A stretch of 64,000 bases of DNA from an uncultured Saprospiraceae bacterium. Its GTDB lineage: Bacteria; Bacteroidota; Bacteroidia; Chitinophagales; Saprospiraceae. A model generated the notes under the pieces. That model was not told where the DNA came from. It made no database searches and saw only the letters and a list, made by a program, of their open reading frames with translations. Position 1 is the first letter of the stretch, and the number at the start of each line of letters is the position of its first letter. Both the position numbers and the translations under genes were made by a program. Below are positions 10,334 through 19,243 of this stretch, one piece after another. Location of the stretch: the NCBI GenBank assembly GCA_937944095.1, contig CALEAC010000027.1, positions 2,524 through 66,523 on the forward strand. The letters run 5' to 3'.

Positions 10334-13300
10334 TCAATGCTGTATAATCAATCTTTCAGTGTGAATCGATCCATCAGAGTAGTTTACTCTTAAGACATAG
10401 ATTCCATTATCTAGATCACTCACATTAAATGTATTCATTCTATCTCTGACACTTAAGGTCATTACATCTTTACCTTCTATGTCATATAATCTCATATCCG
10501 AGATGTTTTCTGTATTACCTAGTTCGATAGTCATGATGCTATTGACAGGATTAGGGTAGACTGACACCTCATTTTCTGAGATATACTCTTCTCCTATAAG
10601 TGTCGCATTAGCAAATTGACTACTTCTCTGACTCAACTCTCCACCATCTTGAGGTTGGAAGTCTCCCCCAGTAATATTGACACAGTAATCTTCTGTCTCA
10701 CCATAAGTGTAGATCTGACATGGATCAGTAGCGTAGCCACCGTGCTTCATGATAACTCTCATTCTAGTAGTCCCATTCCAGATATTATATGGCACAGGTA
10801 CTGAACCCGAAAGTGTCTTATTTCCACAACCATAGGCTACGAACTCATAGTTGTCATGGAAATCACCATCCATATTGTAATCAATCCAGACAGTCCAGTA
10901 TACCTTATGTGGCTTACCACCACCGTAACCTGGCGTTAATTGCAGAGGATATGTTGTTCCTGCAGATATATTAGTACACATGTTCGTATAGTCATGATAT
11001 CCACCGTTATTTCCAGATACATTACTAATCTGTGCAAATCCACAAGATTGGATGTAGTGATGAGTTGATATCTGGCCACCTGACTGACAATAGTTTCCGC
11101 CAGTAGTAGGAGGCGCAGGGCCATCTACGGTAAGACCAAATGAACAAGTCTCTACATTATTACAACCATCTGTTACTCTATAGCTCACAGTATAATTACC
11201 AGGTGCTACGATAGTACCTGCCTGAGGACCAGCTGTCTGTGTTATTGTAATACACTGAGATATTTCCATCACATACTCTAATTTTAAGCTGCAATATTGA
11301 TCGTTCCATTTACCTGTGTTAAGTAATTCAACACAATCTTGGTTACCGTTGTAGTTATTAGGCTGGCCTGTATACCAGTTGCTGTAAGTGACTGCTGAGC
11401 CGTCTACCCACTGGTTTTGGCCTTCTGTGTTTACATCAGATAACCCTATCCAAGCTGATGATAGTGGTAATAAGCTAGCCACATATGAATTCTCACCAGC
11501 ACTATTGATAACACACAGGTTACCGCCGTTATTGACACAAGTCTGCTGAGCAGTAGCCCAAGTCGCACTTGCAACAGAGCAATAGTAGTATGATCCATTA
11601 TATGATCCCATGTATATGAATCCAGGTATGTTAGCTCCACCATTGTTACAGTTAGAGCAACAAGAATTGGCTTGAGGCTCGTTCCAGTTTACTTGTATAC
11701 CAGTGCTGTTAGTTGCTGCTACATGTATGTTATTAGGACAAGTAATACTTAGTCCTGGTTCTACTGTTATGTCAAAAGAACAAGTTGCAAATGAGCCACA
11801 TGCATCTTGCACATTGTATACGACTGTATGCGTACCAGTCTGTAGAAGTGTGCCTGGTGTAGGACCAGATACTTGAGAGACATAACTACATGGTATTTCC
11901 ATGATATACTCTAGTGAGTAAGTGTTATACTGATCATTCCAGTGTCCGCTGTTGAGCATCTCGACATAGTCCTGATTGTCGTTATAGTTATTTGGTTGAC
12001 CTTGATACCAATTTGTGTAACCAAGTTCATTGCCATTACACCATTCGAAGTGACCTTCAGATTCTATATCAGTAAGACCAATCCATGCAGACTGTATAGA
12101 CAGTTGCTGAGCTAAGTAAGCATTTTCTGCAGCGTTATTGATTACAGCAAGTTGACCACCTCTAGCAGTACATATCTGCTTAGCCATAGGCCATGTTGCT
12201 GTAGATAATGAGCAGTAGTACTGAGACCCGCCGAACGACCCCATATAGATGAAACCACTCATGTAAGCACCATTATCACAAGCAGTACATGCACCATTAT
12301 ATTGTGGTGCAGTCCAATTAGCTACAGCGCCACCATTAGAACCACACTGTAATACCATATCATTAGGACAATTAATAAAGCCACCTGCTGGAACATCTAC
12401 AGTAACAGTGAATGAACACTGACTTGCATTGCCACAATTATCAGTTGCCGTGTAAGTCACCGTCGTCGTCCCATTAGGGAATGAAGTTCCAGGGTTATGT
12501 GTGCTGCTAAAGGTAACAGTACCACATCCATCTGATGCTGTCGGTACTGCCCAAGAAATAGGCGCAGTTGAACTAGTTACAGTCATATTTTGAGGGCAAG
12601 TATGAATAGTTGGAGGTGTATTATCCTTTACACTAATCATCTGAACACATGAGGCAGAATAGCCAGATACACCGGCATAAGTGGCTGTCCATGTTCTTTG
12701 TATTTCTCTTGCACCTGCACAAGGTCCTGTAGAGACATTCACATCATTGAAAGAGACTGATGGTGTCGGGCAGAATGCACCGCCATTTGCTGTTGCTGAC
12801 CCATTAGCAGCAGGTGTTGTGTTACCATTAATACATACGACTCTGTTGCTTGGGCACGATATAATCGGATTTGTATTACAACCTTGGCAGTTAACTGTCA
12901 CATTAAAGGCGCAAGTAGTAGCATTACCACAAGCATCAGATGCAGTGTAAGTAATTAGTGAACTACCTTGTCCAAAGGTGCTACCAGAACTGACTGACTG
13001 TCCATTAGAATTAGCAGTCACCGATACATTTCCAGAGCAGTTGTCTGTTGCGGTTGGAATAGTCCAAGTTGCGACAGCACTACAATTAGTTCCTGTACCT
13101 GTAAGGGTAATACTATTAGGGCATTGTTGTTGGAATTGTGGTGGTGTATTATCCACTAAATTTATCATTTGGACACATGAGCTGAATAATGATGTATTAT
13201 TCTGATCAGTTGCCGTCCATGTTCTTTGTATAACCTTAGAACCGACACAACCACTTGTACTTGACATTACATCATTGAAAGTCAGTATAGGGTTACCACA

Positions 13301-14557
13301 ACCAGTGCTACTAGATGCTGTCGCATTGCCAGTAACATTGACTCCCGGTATGCCATTAGTCGGACAGATATTAACTGTTCCTGGGCAAGAAATACTTGGT
13401 GGCGTGTTACAAGGAATCTCACATTGTATTGTTATTTGGAAGGCAGCAGTTGTCTGATTACCACAGTTGTCTAGAGCTGTATATGTAACTAGTGTTGACC
13501 CTTGAGGGAAAGTCGTACCACTGTTGTGTGTTGATGTAAACGAATTGATACCACAATTATCAGTAGTAGTAGGTATGTTCCATGTTACCGGAATAGCACA
13601 ACCTGCACCAGTACCTTGAATCGTCATATCTGAAGGAATATTCATGATAACTGGATTCTGACTATCTATTGTATTAATAGTTTGTAGGCAATTAACTGTT
13701 GCGTTAGTTCCTGACTCTACTGCTGTCCATGTTCTTTCGATCAGAGTACCACAGTTTCCATTATTATTAACGACGACATCACTAAAGGATACAGTTAATG
13801 CACCACAAGAAGGATCCATGTTAGAAGCAGTAGCCATACCAGTCACACTGGTATTGGTACTAGAGCTAGGACAGTCAACAACGTTAGCAGGACAGAAAAT
13901 TGTTGGTCCTGTACAGCATGAACCTACTACAGTAACATTGAAGTTACAAGTAGTTTGAAATCCACACTGATCCGTGGCAGTATAAGTAACAGGTGTTGTA
14001 CCTAGACTGAAATTCGACCCGCTAAAATGAGTTGTTATAAACGATTGCAATTGGCAAGCATCATTAGCGACTGGAATTGCCCAGGTAGCACTACCTGCAC
14101 AGTTATTAGCGAGGTCCACAGTTATGTCAGATGGACATCCTGAAATTACAGGTGCGGTATTATCCTCGAGGTATAAGGTTTGCTGACAAGTAGAATGTAA
14201 CTTAATACTTGCAGAACCCGGTGGATAAGAAGCTTCCCAAGTTCTATGCACAATCATCAAGCAACTAGAATTCATCGTGACGACATCTTCGTAAGATAAT
14301 GTCGGTGTAGGACAAAAAGCATCTCCTGGTGTTGCTGTTGCCATACCTGCGACAGCAGGATCTAAATTGGCATTTGGACACGCTAGATAAGTAGAAGGAC
14401 ACATTATAAATGGAGCAGTCAGACACATAATCTGAGACTCCTCTATATCTGCATCAAAACAAAAATTGTCATTGGGGTCATTTCCATAGACATTGCCACT
14501 GAATATGCCTAAAAGTAAAACCAAAGCAATACAGTTGGTTAAGATGTTTTTCATCAC
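10334..14557 (-). CDS. secreted multidomain adhesin-like protein: 4x (Cys-rich RTWTA module + HYR), 2x (HYR-like + C-type lectin domain), further HYR-like module, GEVED domain, T9SS type A C-terminal sorting domain
   Basis: 1407 aa with a signal peptide. HYR-like segments such as APVISGCPSDITVDL...TYTATDQCGF..CNFNVTV. CTLD hallmarks WIGLTD/WIGLSD, QPN and WND appear twice. The GEVED-like end is YGETEDYCVNI. The C-terminal VSVYPNPVNS...GIYVLRV is a T9SS CTD. Confidence 0.9.
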   Translation of the reverse strand: MMKNILTNCIALVLLLGIFSGNVYGNDPNDNFCFDADIEESQIMCLTAPFIMCPSTYLACPNANLDPAVAGMATATPGDAFCPTPTLSYEDVVTMNSSCLMIVHRTWEASYPPGSASIKLHSTCQQTLYLEDNTAPVISGCPSDITVDLANNCAGSATWAIPVANDACQLQSFITTHFSGSNFSLGTTPVTYTATDQCGFQTTCNFNVTVVGSCCTGPTIFCPANVVDCPSSSTNTSVTGMATASNMDPSCGALTVSFSDVVVNNNGNCGTLIERTWTAVESGTNATVNCLQTINTIDSQNPVIMNIPSDMTIQGTGAGCAIPVTWNIPTTTDNCGINSFTSTHNSGTTFPQGSTLVTYTALDNCGNQTTAAFQITIQCEIPCNTPPSISCPGTVNICPTNGIPGVNVTGNATASSSTGCGNPILTFNDVMSSTSGCVGSKVIQRTWTATDQNNTSLFSSCVQMINLVDNTPPQFQQQCPNSITLTGTGTNCSAVATWTIPTATDNCSGNVSVTANSNGQSVSSGSTFGQGSSLITYTASDACGNATTCAFNVTVNCQGCNTNPIISCPSNRVVCINGNTTPAANGSATANGGAFCPTPSVSFNDVNVSTGPCAGAREIQRTWTATYAGVSGYSASCVQMISVKDNTPPTIHTCPQNMTVTSSTAPISWAVPTASDGCGTVTFSSTHNPGTSFPNGTTTVTYTATDNCGNASQCSFTVTVDVPAGGFINCPNDMVLQCGSNGGAVANWTAPQYNGACTACDNGAYMSGFIYMGSFGGSQYYCSLSTATWPMAKQICTARGGQLAVINNAAENAYLAQQLSIQSAWIGLTDIESEGHFEWCNGNELGYTNWYQGQPNNYNDNQDYVEMLNSGHWNDQYNTYSLEYIMEIPCSYVSQVSGPTPGTLLQTGTHTVVYNVQDACGSFATCSFDITVEPGLSITCPNNIHVAATNSTGIQVNWNEPQANSCCSNCNNGGANIPGFIYMGSYNGSYYYCSVASATWATAQQTCVNNGGNLCVINSAGENSYVASLLPLSSAWIGLSDVNTEGQNQWVDGSAVTYSNWYTGQPNNYNGNQDCVELLNTGKWNDQYCSLKLEYVMEISQCITITQTAGPQAGTIVAPGNYTVSYRVTDGCNNVETCSFGLTVDGPAPPTTGGNYCQSGGQISTHHYIQSCGFAQISNVSGNNGGYHDYTNMCTNISAGTTYPLQLTPGYGGGKPHKVYWTVWIDYNMDGDFHDNYEFVAYGCGNKTLSGSVPVPYNIWNGTTRMRVIMKHGGYATDPCQIYTYGETEDYCVNITGGDFQPQDGGELSQRSSQFANATLIGEEYISENEVSVYPNPVNSIMTIELGNTENISDMRLYDIEGKDVMTLSVRDRMNTFNVSDLDNGIYVLRVNYSDGSIHTERLIIQH

Positions 14558-14860
14558 TTAGTATTTTTTAAAATATGATTATTAGTTAGAATAACTTGTT
14601 GGAAATTCAAGATAGGCGGTTGATTCCAAATGGGATACGTTTATTTATACGTAAACGCTTCTCGAAGTCTCCAAAAAAAGTGTTAATACCGAAGAATTTC
14701 CGCTGTAAAGTAGAACTTTAACACATTTAGGTCTATATACACTCGACTTAGTCGTGATTTTCTGAAAAATACATATTAAAGAAAATCATAATACGAAAGT
14801 AGCTATAGTTCGCTTAAAGCACAATGGCTAGATATTTAAAGCTGAAAAATTCTTTATAGT

Positions 14861-15901
14861 CTAAAAACCATTTAAATCACCAATTTTTATCGCTTTTAGA
14901 GTAAGGTTAGTGCTTTCTCCTGGTGTAATAGTCAACGGAAATTGGTTAGGCTCTATCTGATAGCTATTTATTGGGAAAGCCGTAAAGATACCTAGAATAA
15001 CCTTCTGTAAGACTAACATATCCAATGGTGTAATAATGCCATCACCATTCGTATCGGCTGCAGTTAGCATATCAGGATTGGAAATCGGAATAATGTTAAG
15101 TATGTGTTTTCTAATTAGAAGGATATCTAAGGGGGCTATTCTATCTCTGATGCCGTCATCTTTGCTGAAATTAAGCACCGGATTAGCAATACCAGGATAT
15201 TCTGTATTCAGGTCAGTAATACTGAGAGGAACAGAAGCATCTATCGGATAGCTGATAGACGAATTATTCGCGTCACTTAACGATATATCCAGACCACTAA
15301 TCGAAGTACCAAAAGCATCTTCTGTACTGATATCGATGACATATGGCTCAGGTGCAATAGGTGCCCCAGTCGCTCCCGTCGCAGTAATCGCCGCATTTAG
15401 ATTAGCGATTCGGCCTGAATTGCCAGATCCACCTGTGTTATAATTGACAGTTCTGTCAGGTGCAATGACAGCAAAAAGAGGTGTACCAAACCCTGGACCG
15501 AAGGTCCCACTTAGATAAGGTTCTAAGGCAGCTAGTGCCCCACCATCAAATCCAACACCCGGAAAAGTGAGGTTAAGGTTGTTTTGATAGAAATCGACAC
15601 TTGCATTGAGGTCATTCTCACTGTTCGAAAATTCGATGAATTGTACATCATACTGACCTGAGCCCCATTCCTCATAAGCGGCCTGTACGTCTGGAGCGAT
15701 GCTAGTACACGGTGGACAACCAATAAAGAATATCTTAAATGCAACAGTTATACCTTTGTCCAAGTAATCTTCATAGAGGTTATGTTCCACACCGTCAGCA
15801 TCTGTCACCGTAAAATTTGGAACTGTCTGGCCGATGGATTGGCCAAAAGAAATTAGAAGTATAATCAGAAGACTGAGAATAATTGGCTTTCTTATATGCA
15901 T
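14861..15901 (-). CDS. secreted thioredoxin-fold (redoxin/TlpA-like, CPPC) protein with C-terminal dockerin-like module
   Basis: I place the start at the internal ATG 15901 (MHIRKPIILSLLIILLISFGQSIGQ is a signal peptide) rather than at the track start 16036. Redoxin core FFIGCPPCTSIAP. The C-terminal DTNGDGIITPLDMLVLQKVILG, preceded by a degenerate copy (RIAPLDILLIRKHIL), forms a dockerin-type repeat pair. Confidence 0.75.
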   Translation of the reverse strand: MHIRKPIILSLLIILLISFGQSIGQTVPNFTVTDADGVEHNLYEDYLDKGITVAFKIFFIGCPPCTSIAPDVQAAYEEWGSGQYDVQFIEFSNSENDLNASVDFYQNNLNLTFPGVGFDGGALAALEPYLSGTFGPGFGTPLFAVIAPDRTVNYNTGGSGNSGRIANLNAAITATGATGAPIAPEPYVIDISTEDAFGTSISGLDISLSDANNSSISYPIDASVPLSITDLNTEYPGIANPVLNFSKDDGIRDRIAPLDILLIRKHILNIIPISNPDMLTAADTNGDGIITPLDMLVLQKVILGIFTAFPINSYQIEPNQFPLTITPGESTNLTLKAIKIGDLNGF

Positions 15902-15916
15902 GATAACAAGGTTAGA

Positions 15917-16627
15917 ATGGAAAATGGAATCAAACTCCAGTATCACAAAATTAACGCAATTTACTATCAAAGTGTTTGGGATTTCCAGCAACAATTGCAC
16001 AATAGGCTGAAGCAGCACAAGAGAAGTTGTAGCCAAGACAAGAGTTTAACGCCGTCTCTAGGTCACCTGATTATGTGCGAACATCGACCTGTCTTTACGA
16101 TGGGGAAGAGTGCTTCCAAACAGAATTTGCTTTTAGATGCAAAATCATTGGCTGATCATAGCATAGAGCTTTTTGAGATTAATAGGGGCGGAGACATCAC
16201 TTATCATGGCCCAGGACAACTAACAGGTTACTTGATTATGGATCTGGAACTCTTATACAGAGACTTACACCTGTACATCAGGAACTTAGAGGAGGTTATT
16301 ATTAGAACCCTTAGTGATTATGACCTAATTGGTATCCGAATACCAGAGTATACTGGTGTTTGGATTGAGAGAGACTATAAGCTATGGAAGATTTGTGCAA
16401 TAGGTGTCCATATGAGTCGGTGGATAAGTATGCATGGATTTGGATTTAACATAAATACGGATTTATCTTATTTCAAGCATATTGTGCCATGTGGTATTGA
16501 AGAAACAGATAAGGAGGTTACTTCACTTGCTCAGGAACTTAATAGATCAGTGGCTACTGAAGAAGTGGAACTGAGCTTACGAAAACATATTTCTGAAGTA
16601 TTTGGTCTCCAGATAATCAAAGTGTAA
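15917..16627 (+). CDS. lipB: lipoyl(octanoyl) transferase
   Basis: RGGDITYHGPGQL motif and WKICAIGVH (catalytic Lys/Cys region). The start is ATG 15917 (MENGIKLQY...), chosen by N-terminal length of other LipB proteins. ATG 15896 is the alternative. Confidence 0.9.
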   Translation: MENGIKLQYHKINAIYYQSVWDFQQQLHNRLKQHKRSCSQDKSLTPSLGHLIMCEHRPVFTMGKSASKQNLLLDAKSLADHSIELFEINRGGDITYHGPGQLTGYLIMDLELLYRDLHLYIRNLEEVIIRTLSDYDLIGIRIPEYTGVWIERDYKLWKICAIGVHMSRWISMHGFGFNINTDLSYFKHIVPCGIEETDKEVTSLAQELNRSVATEEVELSLRKHISEVFGLQIIKV

Positions 16628-16638
16628 TTCAAAAAAAT

Positions 16639-17160
16639 ATGGAAGCAAAGAAAGTAGCCGATAGTAAAACCATTATGACAGAACTCATCATGCCTAATGA
16701 TGCAAATCCGTTAGGCAATCTTATGGGAGGTAATTTGATGAGATGGATGGACATAGCTGGAGGTATCTGTGCTGCTAAGCATTGCGAAGCTCACGTGGTC
16801 ACGGCATCAGTTGATCATGTGTCCTTTACTGAGCCAATTAAGGTAGGTGATGTTATTCAGTTGACCTCAGTTGTCACTAGAGCATTTAATACCTCTCTAG
16901 AAGTATTCATAGAAGTCCATGTGACAGATATAACTGGTAATAACACCATTAGATCTAATCATGCCTATATGACTTTTGTTGCTTTAGATTATGCAACCAA
17001 AAGGCCTAAGAAAGTGCCTGCACTGGAGCCCACTACACTTGATCAGAAAAAGCTATTTGAGAGTGCACCTCGGAGAAGAGAACTGCGACTTATACTAGGC
17101 GGTAGATTGAGACCAGAAGAAGCCAAAGACTTACGCGCTTTCTTCAAGGAGTTGGATTAG
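16639..17160 (+). CDS. acyl-CoA thioesterase (hotdog fold, YciA/BFIT-like)
   Basis: 173 aa. MTELIMPNDANPLGNLMGGNLMRWMD...ASVDHVSF is typical of this family. Confidence 0.85.
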   Translation: MEAKKVADSKTIMTELIMPNDANPLGNLMGGNLMRWMDIAGGICAAKHCEAHVVTASVDHVSFTEPIKVGDVIQLTSVVTRAFNTSLEVFIEVHVTDITGNNTIRSNHAYMTFVALDYATKRPKKVPALEPTTLDQKKLFESAPRRRELRLILGGRLRPEEAKDLRAFFKELD

Positions 17161-17921
17161 ATGCGTCCTTTTCGATCTATTAGATAGCAATTCGCTTGCT
17201 GACTGCCCATGACTAAGATATCTTGGATATTGACATGTTTTGGTTGAGAGGTCATGAAATAGATTATCCGAGCAACATCTTTCGAATTGATAGGCGTAAA
17301 ATCTTCGTATATCTTGGATTTCTCTTTATCACCATCATATCTCACAAGAGCAAATTCAGTGGCTTCTACATGTCCTGGCGCGACTTGTCCGACCCTGATG
17401 CCATAAGGATGCAAATCGATCCGTAGCGCTTTCGTAAGCGCATCTACTGCATGTTTAGTTGCACAATACACGTTTCCACCAGGGTAGACTTCCTTTCCTG
17501 CTGTGGATGCAATATTGATAATATGTCCTTTATTGGCTTTGACCATCCATGGAGCAACGATTCTGGTCATATATAGCAGTCCTTTGATATTTGTATCTAT
17601 CATCGTTTCCCAATCGTCGAGCTTACCCTTGTGGATCGGTCCGAAGCCCTTAGCTAGGCCTGCATTGTTGAGCAGGATATCAATCTTTCGCCACTTTCCT
17701 TTCAGACTGTTGAGCTTGGTTTTAACTGCTTTGTAATCTCTCACATCGAAGCAGAGGGGCATTACCTCGACCTTGTATTTGGTAATTAATTGTTTGGTTA
17801 GGGTCGCTAATTTTTTTTCCCTCCTGCCAGTAAGAATTAGTCTATAACCATTCTTCGCGTATTCTATAGCCGTTGCTTTTCCAATGCCCGAAGTTGCGCC
17901 AGTTATTAATATTGTACTCAT
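17157..17921 (-). CDS. SDR family NAD(P)-dependent oxidoreductase (YdfG-like)
   Basis: 254 aa. TGATSGIGKA cofactor motif and catalytic YCATK. Confidence 0.9.
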   Translation of the reverse strand: MSTILITGATSGIGKATAIEYAKNGYRLILTGRREKKLATLTKQLITKYKVEVMPLCFDVRDYKAVKTKLNSLKGKWRKIDILLNNAGLAKGFGPIHKGKLDDWETMIDTNIKGLLYMTRIVAPWMVKANKGHIINIASTAGKEVYPGGNVYCATKHAVDALTKALRIDLHPYGIRVGQVAPGHVEATEFALVRYDGDKEKSKIYEDFTPINSKDVARIIYFMTSQPKHVNIQDILVMGSQQANCYLIDRKGRI

Positions 17922-17927
17922 AGAATT

Positions 17928-19232
17928 CTATTTTAGCAGCTGGTCCAATTTAGCTCTGAAGTCCTTGTCGAAATCCTCAAACACTGAGGTTGCAGGTCCA
18001 TTGAAACCTGTATGAATGTGCTGAATATTATTTTGATTGTCTATGACGATCAGAGTCGGATAAGAATAGATCTTATCTAGAAAGCCAAACGTCTCACTGG
18101 TTTCTTTTTTATTGGCATAACCACCTAATAATAATGGCCAGTCAAAATCCATTACTTTCTGGAAATTATCTAATTGCAGCAGCGCTTTAGCTTCCTCTCG
18201 ATATCTCTCAAATGCAATAGAATAAATGTGCAAATCTTCGTTTGCGTAAGCTTTCTGTATTTCTTTGAGATATTCTATTTCATCTCGGCAGTTGGGGCAC
18301 CAAGTACCCATGATATTGACCAAGGTGAGTCGATGGTCGTTCGTTGATTTATTGAGGGAGACGAGGTCACCTTTCGAGTTAGGAAAGCTGAAAGACACTT
18401 CTGAGTCTGCTGTACCCTTAGTCATATCGTATGGATCCGGTAAGACATAAGATGGTTCGCGATAGGCTTTCCATTTGGACTTGTAATGGCTGCCACTCCG
18501 AAATTCTCCATAGATGGTATCCTTCTCTATGCTACCCGAAAAGAGGAAGGCATGTGCACCGTCGAATACGGATAGACGCATTTTATCTTGGTAGCAATTG
18601 CCGGATAAGAATCTGTAATCGCCAGTTTCTGTCCTAAAGGTGCCATTTAGCTCATTGCCTTTCTGAATGAATTCTGCTATTGCTGGATAGCTATCTGGTT
18701 GATCATAATTGAACATAACCTTCCATTGACCTGTGAGGTCAGTTGTGGCCGCTTCATTATTCTTAAGAAATCTGTGGTTCTGTCCATAGGTAGCGAGAAA
18801 CGGAATCTTATAATTATCCTTATAGTTAACGACCCAGTATCCTTCTATATAATTATCCTCATAGTAGGCATCTATATAGGTGTCAAAGGCGGTCATCTCT
18901 AGTCTCAATGTATCTTTGGCTGTAGCCGGATCTCGGCCATAATAAACCTTTTCTATTGGTATGAGTTCTTCTCCATTCTTAAGTGAGACGACAAGTTGAC
19001 CATCTTGGTATTCTACGTTCAGGTTAAATGGCAGTTCGAAGTAGTCTCTCAAAATCGATTCTGGGTCATTGATATTATCTACAGGAACGGCGTCTGGATC
19101 AGTTAGCTTTAGGACACCTCGCCAGGGTCCAGGAGGTAATTTCGTATATGAGTTAGGTTGCTCGATACAGCTACTAAAGCACATGGCTAGTCCTAGGAGA
19201 AGAGTTGCTATAAGAAGGATTTTTTTTATCAT
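17928..19232 (-). CDS. TlpA-family thiol:disulfide oxidoreductase lipoprotein with large N-terminal domain of unknown function
   Basis: I place the start at ATG 19232 (MIKKILLIATLLLGLAMCFSSC is a lipoprotein-type signal). The C-terminal thioredoxin fold carries WCPNC. It lies 11 nt downstream of the PorP/SprF stop and 6 nt upstream of the SDR gene. Confidence 0.8.
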   Translation of the reverse strand: MIKKILLIATLLLGLAMCFSSCIEQPNSYTKLPPGPWRGVLKLTDPDAVPVDNINDPESILRDYFELPFNLNVEYQDGQLVVSLKNGEELIPIEKVYYGRDPATAKDTLRLEMTAFDTYIDAYYEDNYIEGYWVVNYKDNYKIPFLATYGQNHRFLKNNEAATTDLTGQWKVMFNYDQPDSYPAIAEFIQKGNELNGTFRTETGDYRFLSGNCYQDKMRLSVFDGAHAFLFSGSIEKDTIYGEFRSGSHYKSKWKAYREPSYVLPDPYDMTKGTADSEVSFSFPNSKGDLVSLNKSTNDHRLTLVNIMGTWCPNCRDEIEYLKEIQKAYANEDLHIYSIAFERYREEAKALLQLDNFQKVMDFDWPLLLGGYANKKETSETFGFLDKIYSYPTLIVIDNQNNIQHIHTGFNGPATSVFEDFDKDFRAKLDQLLK

Positions 19233-19243
19233 GGTCAGATCGA

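Noticed and set aside
11261-12265. C-type lectin domains as evidence of eukaryotic contamination or misassembly
   Set aside because: The CTLDs are in frame within one continuous ORF. That ORF also has a bacterial signal peptide, a GEVED domain and a T9SS CTD, and is flanked by bacterial genes.
10616-13457. Seven short ORFs (60-89 aa; five plus-strand, two minus-strand in other frames) inside the 1407-aa adhesin gene
   Set aside because: They are shadow ORFs within the repeat-rich adhesin frame.
15902-16036. Upstream extension of ORF 14861..16036 (MATTSLVLLQ...)
   Set aside because: The extension overlaps lipB on the opposite strand and precedes a perfect signal peptide that starts at the internal Met (15901). 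It is most likely non-coding in this frame.
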